39,594 nucleotides of DNA. It comes from Lachnospiraceae bacterium. Lineage in GTDB: Bacteria; Bacillota; Clostridia; Lachnospirales; Lachnospiraceae. Both the position numbers and the translations under genes were made by a program. Shown here one piece after another: positions 1 through 7,059 of this stretch. A model generated the notes under the pieces. The model ran no database searches and had not been told where the DNA came from. It saw only the letters and a list, made by a program, of their open reading frames with translations. Each line of letters starts with the position of its first letter. Position 1 is the stretch's first letter. The stretch covers positions 1-39,594 of the forward strand of contig JAGDCQ010000011.1 in assembly GCA_017958465.1 (NCBI GenBank), in the 5' to 3' direction.

Positions 1-1
1 A

Positions 2-127
2 GTAGGCAGCAGGGGAAATTATTCCGCAAATGTGTACTGGGACGGTGTTATAAATGTTATCGGATACAACGTCTTAGCTGAACAGGGATGCGTGCGCCCG
101 GTATTTTGGATAAATCTTGGAAAATAA
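2..127 (+). CDS. 3' end of an upstream gene (last ~41 codons only; product unknown)
   Basis: Frame 2 is open from the window edge to TAA at 125-127 (...VYWDGVINVIGYNVLAEQGCVRPVFWINLGK*). A hairpin plus T-run terminator follows 20 nt later. The fragment is too short for a family call. Confidence 0.35.
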   Translation, partial: VGSRGNYSANVYWDGVINVIGYNVLAEQGCVRPVFWINLGK

Positions 128-147
128 AGCATAGTCATAGATATGAA

Positions 148-187
148 CAGCCCGGTGAGGATTTGACCGGGCTGCTTGTAATTTTTT
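148..187 (+). terminator. Rho-independent terminator of the upstream fragment
   Basis: Perfect 9-bp stem CAGCCCGGT (148-156) / ACCGGGCTG (166-174) with a 9-nt loop, followed by cttgtaATTTTTT. Confidence 0.6.
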
Positions 188-253
188 AGGGCTCCCTTCT
201 TGACTCGCTATGCTCCTCAAGAAGTATCACTTTAATAAATGCTATCGCATTTA

Positions 254-2650
254 TTAAAGCTCGATCACGATCGTATTCTCAGCCTTAAGGATGCTGTCCT
301 TGATGAGAATGCCATCTATTTTTTCGCCGTTAACTGTAACAGCCTTTACGCCGTGCTGGTTGCCCTGAGGGTTCTTTACGGTGATGTTAAGTTTCTTGCC
401 GCGGAAGGTCTTTTCCATGGTGTATTCTGTCCATGCGGAGGGAATGGAAGGATCGATAACAAGGCCTTCTGCCTCGGGGTTGAAGCCGAGGATACCTTCA
501 ACGGTACCAACCATAACGGTGGAAGCGGTACCTGTGAGCCAGTGCACGTGTGCGCGGCCTGCAAACGGGCTGTCCTTTGCCTCAACGAACTGGCCGTAAA
601 CATAAGGTTCAAGAGCGCGGTGCTCTGCTTTGTCGTTGTAGGTTGCGGGAGCGGCTTCGGTCCAGTACATGTATGCGCGGTTGCCGTGTCCGAGCTTTGC
701 TTCAGCCAGGATCAGCCAGCCCTGAGGCTGCGAGAAGATACCTGCATTCTCCTTAACGCCCTTGTTGAAGCAGGTCATGAGAGCGCCGTTGAAGCCGTGG
801 TTCTCGTAAGCGGGATACATAACCATTGCGCCGTAAGGAGTGTTGAGCTCGCGGTGAACGCTCTCCATTGCGGTTTCCTGCTGTTCCTTTGTACCAAAGC
901 CCGCGATAACGGACCAGGACTGGGGATTGAGCCACATGGAAGCTTCGGGATCCGTTCTCTTACCGATGACTACGCCGTCTTCCTTGTAGCCGCGGATCCA
1001 TCTGTCTTCGTTCCAGCAGTCTGCAAGGATCGAATCAAGCTTAGCTGCGATCTCGTCGAGATATTTGATATATTCTGTGTCGTTCTTTAATTCTGCGTAT
1101 TTCTTTAAGATCTTGATAGCATAAACGAGCTGGAATGCGACGAAAGTGGACTCGCCCTTCTTGCCGAGGCGCAGGCAGTCGTTCCAGTCTGCATGCAGAC
1201 CTGCGGGCATTCCGTGGTTTCCGAGGTTGTTCATGGAGAAGCTGATGGCTCTCTTCAAATGGTCATAAACAGTACCCTTCTCGCCGTTGTTGGCATAGAA
1301 GATCTCTTCGTCGAGGAATGCGATGTTTCCGGATTCGGAAATGTATTTGTAAACGGTCGGGAACAGCCAGAGAGCGTCGTCTGCGCGGTAGCTCGGGTGT
1401 CCTGTCTCTTTTACGTATTCGGGATCGTCGGGTGTGTTCTCGTGGCCTGCGTTGTGTGTGTACTTAACAAGCGGAAGGCCTGCACCGTTCGTAACCTGTG
1501 CGGAGAGCATGAAGCGGATCTGGTCTGCAGCCATCTCGGGAGCGAGGTGGATGATGCCCTGGATATCCTGCACGGTGTCGCGGTAACCGAAGCCGTTTCG
1601 AAGGCCGCAGTACTGGAAGGAAGCCGCTCTCGACCAGGTGAAGGTGATGAAGCAGTTGTATGCGTTCCAGACATTTACCATGTTGTTGAAGTTATCATCA
1701 GGGGTGTGAACCTGGAAGGTATCAAGCTTTGAATGCCAGTAATCCTTGAGCTCTGCAAGCTCTTTTGCAACAATACCCTTGTCCTCATAACGCTCGATAA
1801 GCTCTGCTGCTACCTTTTCGGGCTTCTGTGCAAGAACATAGGTGAACTCAGCGGTTTCGCCGGGTGCGAGAGTGATGTCCGTCTCAAGCGCGCCGCAGGA
1901 GTTGTCGCAGTAGTTTAAGTCGCCCTTTAAGCCTTCTTCGATGCCGACAGGGTTTGCATAGCTTCTGTAAGGGCCGACGAACTTGTCGCGGTCGCCGCAG
2001 TAAGCCGTAACCTTCTGGCGCGCAAGCCCGAGGAAACGCTCATTGTTGGGGTTGTGGAAGTTTTCGTTCTGCTTCTGGAGTATGAATTTATCCTTGAAGT
2101 ATGTATGTGTGATGAACAGCGTGTACTGCAGGTTTACCTGATCCTGCTCGTAGTTGTTGTCATTCACGAATTCGCAATAGCCGGTAACGGCAAGCTTTCT
2201 TTCCCTGTCGCTATTGTTTGTGAGCTTGAGGTGCCATACTTCGTGGGTTGCACCGAGGGGAACGTAGTAAGTGGTCTCTGCGCCGATCCCCCTGTATTCG
2301 GAGGAGATAACGGTGTAGGCTGTACCATGGCGGCATTCCGACTTATAGCTATCAAGCGGTTTGCATACAGGAGCCCAGGACGCGGACCAGTATTCGGAGG
2401 TCTTTCCGTCACTTAAGTCTTTGTCTTTGATGTAGATGTAGCGGCCGGGCTGGTCAAGCGCGACAGAATTGAACCTGTAGCGGATGATACGTCCGTTGGC
2501 GCCGGATTTTACAAAGCTGTAGCCGCCTGCGTTGTTTGAAATGATGGCGCCGTACTCGGGGGAGCCGAGGTAGTTTGCCCATGCAGAGGGGGTGTCAGGT
2601 CTTGTGATGACATATTCTCTGTTCTTCTCGTCAAAATAGCCGTATTTCAT
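254..2650 (-). CDS. cbp: GH94 cellobiose phosphorylase-family enzyme (cellobiose, chitobiose or cellobionate phosphorylase size class, 798 aa)
   Basis: The N-terminus MKYGYFDEKNREYVITRPDTPSAWANYLG is typical of GH94. Motifs HADWNDCL and KENAGIF are present, and the length fits cellobiose rather than cellodextrin phosphorylase. GGAGG (revcomp of 2661-2665) lies 10 nt upstream of the ATG. Confidence 0.9.
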   Translation of the reverse strand: MKYGYFDEKNREYVITRPDTPSAWANYLGSPEYGAIISNNAGGYSFVKSGANGRIIRYRFNSVALDQPGRYIYIKDKDLSDGKTSEYWSASWAPVCKPLDSYKSECRHGTAYTVISSEYRGIGAETTYYVPLGATHEVWHLKLTNNSDRERKLAVTGYCEFVNDNNYEQDQVNLQYTLFITHTYFKDKFILQKQNENFHNPNNERFLGLARQKVTAYCGDRDKFVGPYRSYANPVGIEEGLKGDLNYCDNSCGALETDITLAPGETAEFTYVLAQKPEKVAAELIERYEDKGIVAKELAELKDYWHSKLDTFQVHTPDDNFNNMVNVWNAYNCFITFTWSRAASFQYCGLRNGFGYRDTVQDIQGIIHLAPEMAADQIRFMLSAQVTNGAGLPLVKYTHNAGHENTPDDPEYVKETGHPSYRADDALWLFPTVYKYISESGNIAFLDEEIFYANNGEKGTVYDHLKRAISFSMNNLGNHGMPAGLHADWNDCLRLGKKGESTFVAFQLVYAIKILKKYAELKNDTEYIKYLDEIAAKLDSILADCWNEDRWIRGYKEDGVVIGKRTDPEASMWLNPQSWSVIAGFGTKEQQETAMESVHRELNTPYGAMVMYPAYENHGFNGALMTCFNKGVKENAGIFSQPQGWLILAEAKLGHGNRAYMYWTEAAPATYNDKAEHRALEPYVYGQFVEAKDSPFAGRAHVHWLTGTASTVMVGTVEGILGFNPEAEGLVIDPSIPSAWTEYTMEKTFRGKKLNITVKNPQGNQHGVKAVTVNGEKIDGILIKDSILKAENTIVIEL

Positions 2651-2675
2651 TACGTTTTATCCTCCAATACATATT

Positions 2676-2693
2676 AGCGAAAACGATTTCGCT
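2676..2693. promoter_or_regulatory. Candidate LacI/CcpA-type operator upstream of cbp
   Basis: AGCGAAA-ACGA-TTTCGCT has perfect 7-bp inverted arms centred on a CG. It lies 26-43 nt upstream of the cbp start codon. The core G-AA-CG-W--C partly matches the cre consensus. Confidence 0.35.
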
Positions 2694-2756
2694 GTATCGA
2701 AGAATATCTTACCCTAAAATCGTCAGAAACGCAATAGGAACTTTACTTTGAATTGC

Positions 2757-2788
2757 CTCCGGGTCCCCGTCCCGGGGGACCCGGAGGA
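2757..2788. repeat. GC-rich perfect 13-bp palindrome
   Basis: CCTCCGGGTCCCC-gtcccg-GGGGACCCGGAGG. No T-run follows on either strand, so it is not a classical terminator. Confidence 0.6.
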
Positions 2789-2838
2789 CGGTTCTGTGGT
2801 TGGACCGACCCGGAGGGTGGTCACCGGAACCTGATTAT

Positions 2839-2935
2839 GTACCCTAAACGGCGGGTTTTGATCGTTTAGGGTAACAAAGCTGCTATTCAACAAAGAAAAA
2901 TCCGGCTTCGCGGCAGGAACTTGTTACCCCAAACC
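2839..2935. repeat. 97-bp direct repeat, copy A (contains nested palindromes)
   Basis: Differs from 2999-3095 at 4 of 97 positions. Contains the perfect hairpin TACCCTAAACG (2840-2850) / CGTTTAGGGTA (2863-2873). It ends in TACCCCAAAC (2925-2934), which pairs with GTTTAGGGTA (2949-2958). Confidence 0.9.
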
Positions 2936-2998
2936 GGACTTTTCGGCTGTTTAGGGTACACTTCGGATTCCATTTACGCTCATTCCAAAGAAACTTTT

Positions 2999-3095
2999 GT
3001 ACCCTAAACGGCGGGTTTTGATCGTTTAGGGTAACAAAGCTGCTATTCAACAAAGCAAAACCCGGCTTCGTGGCAGGAATTTGTTACCCCAAACC
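2999..3095. repeat. 97-bp direct repeat, copy B
   Basis: Same sequence as copy A, 160 bp downstream. The hairpin arms are at 3000-3010 / 3023-3033. The terminal TACCCCAA (3085-3092) pairs with TTGGGGTA (3111-3118). Confidence 0.9.
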
Positions 3096-3195
3096 TGCCA
3101 TTCTTGCCAGTTGGGGTACATTTCTGTTATGAACAGACGGGATAAGCCATTTTCCCACGCCGGTCGCTCTGCGTCAGTTTCAAACAGCAAACTCA

Positions 3196-3367
3196 GGAAG
3201 CAAAGCGCCACCGGGCAGTGGGCAAACTGATAGGCGGAGCCCTTAGGTTGTTCCAAGCCGAGTAGGGGCCGTGCGCTTAAACCGCTAAGGCCCCGTTAAG
3301 CGAGGCGCCGGAAGAACCTTAGTCGCGGAGCCGTTGTTTGCACACTGCCCGGTGGCGCTTGGCTTCC
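3196..3367. other. 172-nt extended imperfect hairpin (candidate structured ncRNA or MITE-like palindrome; strand undetermined)
   Basis: Outer stem: GGAAGC-a-AAGCGCCACCGGGCAGTG-g-GCAAAC (3196-3227) pairs with GTTTGC-a-CACTGCCCGGTGGCGCTT-g-GCTTCC (3336-3367). That is 30 bp with 2 mismatches. Inside it lies an unpaired bubble, then the stem AGGTTGTTCC (3245-3254) / GGAAGAACCT (3310-3319), then the apical hairpin GGGGCC (3265-3270) / GGCCCC (3289-3294). No credible ORF is present. Confidence 0.5.
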
Positions 3368-3471
3368 GGCGAGCAGCTGGACGCAGCAATTGCCCAGGGT
3401 GCTCGACTTATGGCGGGGCTTCCGGTTGCTGCTTCCGGCGGGCGGTGGTCGGGAGTGGCGGAACAAAAACA

Positions 3472-3500
3472 TTGATTTTTGAGGGGCTTTTTGATAAAAT
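3472..3500 (+). promoter_or_regulatory. Candidate sigma-A promoter for trmO
   Basis: TTGATT (3472-3477), a 17-nt spacer, then TAAAAT (3495-3500) with an upstream TG (extended -10). It lies about 30 nt before the trmO GTG. Confidence 0.4.
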
Positions 3501-3529
3501 AATAAGATAATCCGATGTGAGGCTGAAAC

Positions 3530-4225
3530 GTGGAAGAAGAGCGGAAATTCAAGGCAATAGGGCATATAAGGAGCGATTTTGAAAGCAAGTTCGGGATTCC
3601 GAGACAATCCGGACTGGTGGAAGAACTGCGCTCCCTTCTTGTCTTCGAGCCGGAATACCGGGATGAAAACGCGTTAAGAGGCCTTGAAGAGTTCTCGCAC
3701 ATCTGGGTGATATGGGACTTTTCCGAAGCCCACAGGGATGCCTGGTCCCCAACGGTCAGGCCCCCACGTCTCGGAGGAAACGAAAGACTTGGGGTGTTTG
3801 CCACAAGGTCGCCCTTCAGACCTAACAATATCGGGCTTTCCTGCGTAAGACTCTTTGAGATCAAAAAAGACGGGGAAAACGGGCCTGTTCTTGTGCTCGG
3901 CGGTGGCGACATGCTAGATGGAACGCCCGTCTTTGATATAAAGCCCTATATACCCTACGCGGACTGTAAACCGGAAGCCACAGCAGGCTTTACAGGCCGA
4001 AACACCGACTACAGGCTTAAAGTCAGCGTTTCTGCTGAGGCCGAAGAAAAAGTTAAATCCAAATTTAACCCGACGCAATATGAGGCTCTAAAGGGAATCC
4101 TTGCAGAGGACCCGAGACCTCATTACCAGGATGACCCGGAAAGGGTCTACGGCTTCAACTTTGCCGGGGTCGAGATCAAATTCAGAGTCTGCGACGGAAT
4201 CGCCCGCATCCTGGACGTTGAATAA
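3530..4225 (+). CDS. trmO: tRNA (t6A37-N6)-methyltransferase TrmO (YaeB/TsaA family)
   Basis: The N-terminus ...FKAIGHIRSDFESKFGIPRQSGLV... and the RPNNIGLS and DGTPVFDIKPY motifs are typical of YaeB/TrmO. Start is GTG, with GAGG 8 nt upstream. Confidence 0.8.
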   Translation: MEEERKFKAIGHIRSDFESKFGIPRQSGLVEELRSLLVFEPEYRDENALRGLEEFSHIWVIWDFSEAHRDAWSPTVRPPRLGGNERLGVFATRSPFRPNNIGLSCVRLFEIKKDGENGPVLVLGGGDMLDGTPVFDIKPYIPYADCKPEATAGFTGRNTDYRLKVSVSAEAEEKVKSKFNPTQYEALKGILAEDPRPHYQDDPERVYGFNFAGVEIKFRVCDGIARILDVE

Positions 4226-4368
4226 CGCAAACAAAACAGTCCGCCCACCGGACTCGGAATAACGCAAACAAATCAGTCCGCCTACCGGACGCGGAATAAC
4301 GCAAACAAAACAGTCCGCCTACCGGACGCGGAACAACGCAAACAATACAGCCCGCCTACCCGACGCGG
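4221..4368. repeat. Tandem repeat, 4 x 37 bp
   Basis: Units are 4221-4257, 4258-4294, 4295-4331 and 4332-4368, with consensus AATAACGCAAACAAAACAGTCCGCCTACCGGACGCGG. The first unit starts inside the trmO stop codon. Each unit has a small hairpin GTCCG-n5-CGGAC. Confidence 0.9.
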
Positions 4369-4413
4369 AATTAGCGGACTAACATAGAAAATACTGAAAT
4401 ACCGGAGGATAAT

Positions 4414-5805
4414 ATGAACTACGTTGACGGAAAAATGAAGGACATCAAACTTACCTACATAGGCGGCGGCTCCCGCGGCTGGGCCTGGACGCTTATGACA
4501 GACCTTGCAAAGTGCGAGGATCTGTCGGGCGAGGTGGCCCTTTATGACATTGATATGGCTGCCGCAAAAGCAAACGAGGCTATCGGCAACGCCTTGAAAA
4601 ACCGCAAAGATGTTGTGGGAGTATGGGATTACAAGGTTTACGATTCCCTTGAAACAGCCCTCACCGGCGCGGATTTTGTGGTGATCTCGATCCTTCCCGG
4701 AACCTTCGACGAGATGGAGGTGGACGTGCACTGCCCCGAGCGTCTCGGCGTGTACCAGTCCGTAGGCGACACCGCCGGCCCCGGCGGCATCATGCGCGCA
4801 CAGCGCACCATCCCTATGTTCATCGAGATCGCGGAGGGGATAAAGCGCTACTGCCCCGACGCATGGGTCATCAACTACACGAACCCCATGTCGGTCTGCG
4901 TTAAGACCCTTTACTACGCATTCCCGCAGATCAAGGCTTTTGGCTGCTGTCACGAAGTTTTCGGCACACAGAAGGTTCTGCGCGGCATAGTCAACAAAAC
5001 CGGCATCGCAAACGTTGAAAACTTCCACGATATCAAGATAAATGTGCTCGGAATAAACCATTTTACCTGGTTTGACGCCGCTTCCTACAAGGGGATCGAC
5101 CTCTTCCCGGTATACAGGAAATACATCGAGGAGCACTTTGATGAGGGCTTCTTTGTTGGTGAAAAATACGATCCCAATAACACTTTTGAGTGCCTGAACC
5201 GCGTAAAGTTCGACCTTTTCATGAAATACGGCCTCATCGCCGCAGCGGGCGACAGACACCTTGTTGAGTTTATGCCCGGCAACCTCTACTTAAAAGACCC
5301 GGAGACCGTAAAGTCCTGGAATTTCGGCCTTACCACGGTGAAGTGGAGAAAAGAGGACCTTAAGCGCCGTCTTGAAAAGAGCAAAGAGCTGGCAGGCGGC
5401 AAGCCTCTCGAGCTTAAGGATACGGGCGAAGAGGGCGTTATGCTGATCCGCGCCCTTTGCGGACTCTGCGACCTTATCAGCAATGTGAACCTTCCCAACA
5501 CAGCAAAGCAGATCGAAAACCTGCCTGAGACCGCTGTTGTGGAGACAAACGCATATTTTAGCCGCAATTCCGTGCGTCCGGTACATGCGGGAGCGCTTCC
5601 GGATAACATCAGGACCCTTGTGATGCCACACGTTGACAACCATGAGCGCACCCTGAAAGCGGCTGTGAACGGCGACAGGAATATGCTTTATGAAGCCTTC
5701 AAGCACGATCCGCTGCTCCGCGGCAGGATTTCTGAGGCTTCCGCCCAGAAACTGGCCGACGATATGATCGAAGGCACAAAGCAGTACCTGCCAAACTACA
5801 GGTAA
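4414..5805 (+). CDS. Glycoside hydrolase family 4 (NAD+/Mn2+-dependent alpha-glucosidase, alpha-galactosidase or alpha-galacturonidase type)
   Basis: N-terminal Rossmann motif KLTYIGGGSRGW, plus INYTNP and the GCCHEV (Cys-His) motif characteristic of GH4. GGAGGA lies 4 nt before the ATG. Confidence 0.8.
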   Translation: MNYVDGKMKDIKLTYIGGGSRGWAWTLMTDLAKCEDLSGEVALYDIDMAAAKANEAIGNALKNRKDVVGVWDYKVYDSLETALTGADFVVISILPGTFDEMEVDVHCPERLGVYQSVGDTAGPGGIMRAQRTIPMFIEIAEGIKRYCPDAWVINYTNPMSVCVKTLYYAFPQIKAFGCCHEVFGTQKVLRGIVNKTGIANVENFHDIKINVLGINHFTWFDAASYKGIDLFPVYRKYIEEHFDEGFFVGEKYDPNNTFECLNRVKFDLFMKYGLIAAAGDRHLVEFMPGNLYLKDPETVKSWNFGLTTVKWRKEDLKRRLEKSKELAGGKPLELKDTGEEGVMLIRALCGLCDLISNVNLPNTAKQIENLPETAVVETNAYFSRNSVRPVHAGALPDNIRTLVMPHVDNHERTLKAAVNGDRNMLYEAFKHDPLLRGRISEASAQKLADDMIEGTKQYLPNYR

Positions 5806-5853
5806 CGCCCGGAGGCCCAAACCCGCAGGCACTAACCCCGGGGCCCAAACCCC

Positions 5854-5876
5854 GCAGGCACCCCTCCGGGGCCTGC
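5854..5876 (+). terminator. Weak terminator-like hairpin after the GH4 gene
   Basis: GCAGGCaCCCC-tcc-GGGGCCTGC. No clean T-run follows (atccgcttgcgtttcc). Confidence 0.3.
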
Positions 5877-6028
5877 ATCCGCTTGCGTTTCCTTCCGCTC
5901 ATTTTTCCGCAATATTTTTCGCGGTATTTTGAAAAGTGGTAGGAAAAACGGAAAGCCATCGGAAATAATCATTATTGAGGACCTTATTAAACCGAAGATA
6001 CTCTTTACAGAGCTAAGGGGGCTTACGT

Positions 6029-7039
6029 ATGAATATCAGGGAAAAACAGGAACAGCGTGAACATCTTATACTTTCGCCTTATGCGGCCTTCAGCGACCAG
6101 TCCAAGGGGCGGGATGTATACGAAGAGCCTTGCGATATGAGGCCTGTGTACCAGCGTGACAGGGACAGGATCCTGCATTCCAAGTCCTTCAGGCGTCTGA
6201 AGGGGAAAACGCAGGTTTTCCTTGAGCCGGAAGGCGATCACTACAGGACGCGTCTCACCCACACCCTTGAGGTTTCACAGATCGCAAGGACCATTGCAAA
6301 GGCCCTGCGCCTCAACGAGGAGCTTACGGAGGCCATAGCTCTCGGCCACGACCTCGGGCACACGCCCTTCGGCCACGCCGGCGAGCGCGCGCTGAACGAG
6401 ATATACCCTGAGGGCTTCAGACACTATGAGCAGAGCGTCCGTGTTGTCGAGCTCATCGAGCGCGACGGGGCGGGGCTGAACCTCACCTGGGAAGTGCGTG
6501 ACGGCATCCTCAACCACCAGGTAAACACTATCCCTGCGACCCTCGAAGGCAGAGTTGTGCGGCTTTCCGACAAGATCGCCTACATCAGCCATGATGTGGA
6601 CGACGCCATCCGTGCGGATATCATCTCCGAAGAGTCCCTTCCAAAGTCCGTTGTTGAGACACTCGGCAAAAACGTTTCCGACCGTCTCGACACACTTATC
6701 CACGACATAATAGATAACAGCGAAGGCATAAACGATATCGTCCAGTCCGAAGAAGTGGCGGGAGCCATGAAGGAACTGCGTGAGTTTATGTTTGCATACG
6801 TTTACACCAACCCCATCGCCAAAGGGCAGGAGGGGAAGGCTGAATCTATGATAAAACAGCTCTACAGCTACTATTGCGACCATGTTGACCTGCTCCCGAA
6901 GGAGTATATAACTCTTTATATGAGCGGGAAAGCAACGGTAGAAAGAGCAGTCTGCGACTATGTCGCAGGCATGACGGACAGCTACGCCATCACCAAGTTC
7001 CGTGAGGCCACCATCCCCACCAGCTGGTCCGTATATTGA
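6029..7039 (+). CDS. dgt: dGTP triphosphohydrolase-like HD-domain protein
   Basis: Motifs RDRDRILHSKSFRRLKGKTQVF, HYRTRLTHTLEVSQIAR and GHDLGHTPFGHAGE are present. It sits in the conserved position upstream of dnaG-sigA. Confidence 0.85.
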   Translation: MNIREKQEQREHLILSPYAAFSDQSKGRDVYEEPCDMRPVYQRDRDRILHSKSFRRLKGKTQVFLEPEGDHYRTRLTHTLEVSQIARTIAKALRLNEELTEAIALGHDLGHTPFGHAGERALNEIYPEGFRHYEQSVRVVELIERDGAGLNLTWEVRDGILNHQVNTIPATLEGRVVRLSDKIAYISHDVDDAIRADIISEESLPKSVVETLGKNVSDRLDTLIHDIIDNSEGINDIVQSEEVAGAMKELREFMFAYVYTNPIAKGQEGKAESMIKQLYSYYCDHVDLLPKEYITLYMSGKATVERAVCDYVAGMTDSYAITKFREATIPTSWSVY

Positions 7040-7059
7040 TGAAACAAAGGTAAACAGTT

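Noticed and set aside
239-1090. Long ORFs antisense to or overlapping real genes. Examples: 239-1090 (+), 1193-1732 (+), 4282-5259 (-), 5290-5832 (-), 6275-6883 (-), 12405-13088 (-), 19534-20469 (-), 21741-22775 (-), 25514-26545 (-), 26930-27526 (-), 33365-33970 (-), 38734-39255 (-).
   Set aside because: Each lies opposite a gene with unmistakable family motifs. Their translations are low-complexity (Ser/Arg/Ala/Pro-rich) with no recognisable motifs, and none has a convincing SD. They are shadow ORFs typical of moderate-to-high GC coding DNA.
2694-2760. A sigma-A promoter for cbp on the minus strand (TTGCGT-17-TAAGAT).
   Set aside because: It matches only 3/6 and 4/6 of the hexamers. That is too weak to report without TSS data.
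2949-2958. TTTAGGG, the plant-type telomere unit, inside the recurring 10-mer.
   Set aside because: It occurs as single units within inverted repeats, not as tandem telomeric arrays. I treat it as coincidental.
2839-3095. Palindromic repeats as a CRISPR array.
   Set aside because: There are only two copies, the repeat unit is 97 bp with a 160-bp period, no cas genes are nearby, and the repeats share flanking arms. None of this is CRISPR-like.
3047-3912. ORFs inside the non-coding island (3047-3256 -, 3296-3607 -, 3319-3912 -) as possible small or novel proteins.
   Set aside because: Their translations are Pro/Arg/Ser-rich nonsense, and they have no SD. Two of them run into the trmO coding region on the opposite strand. 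The nucleotide sequence is dominated by palindromes, which generate open frames by chance.
4221-4368. The 37-bp repeats as a CRISPR array.
   Set aside because: The units are directly head-to-tail with no spacers, and no cas genes or leader are present. This is a plain tandem repeat.
6029-7039. The dGTPase as a dNTP-depletion anti-phage defence gene.
   Set aside because: It sits in the conserved housekeeping dgt-dnaG-sigA arrangement, with no mobile-element or defence-island neighbours.
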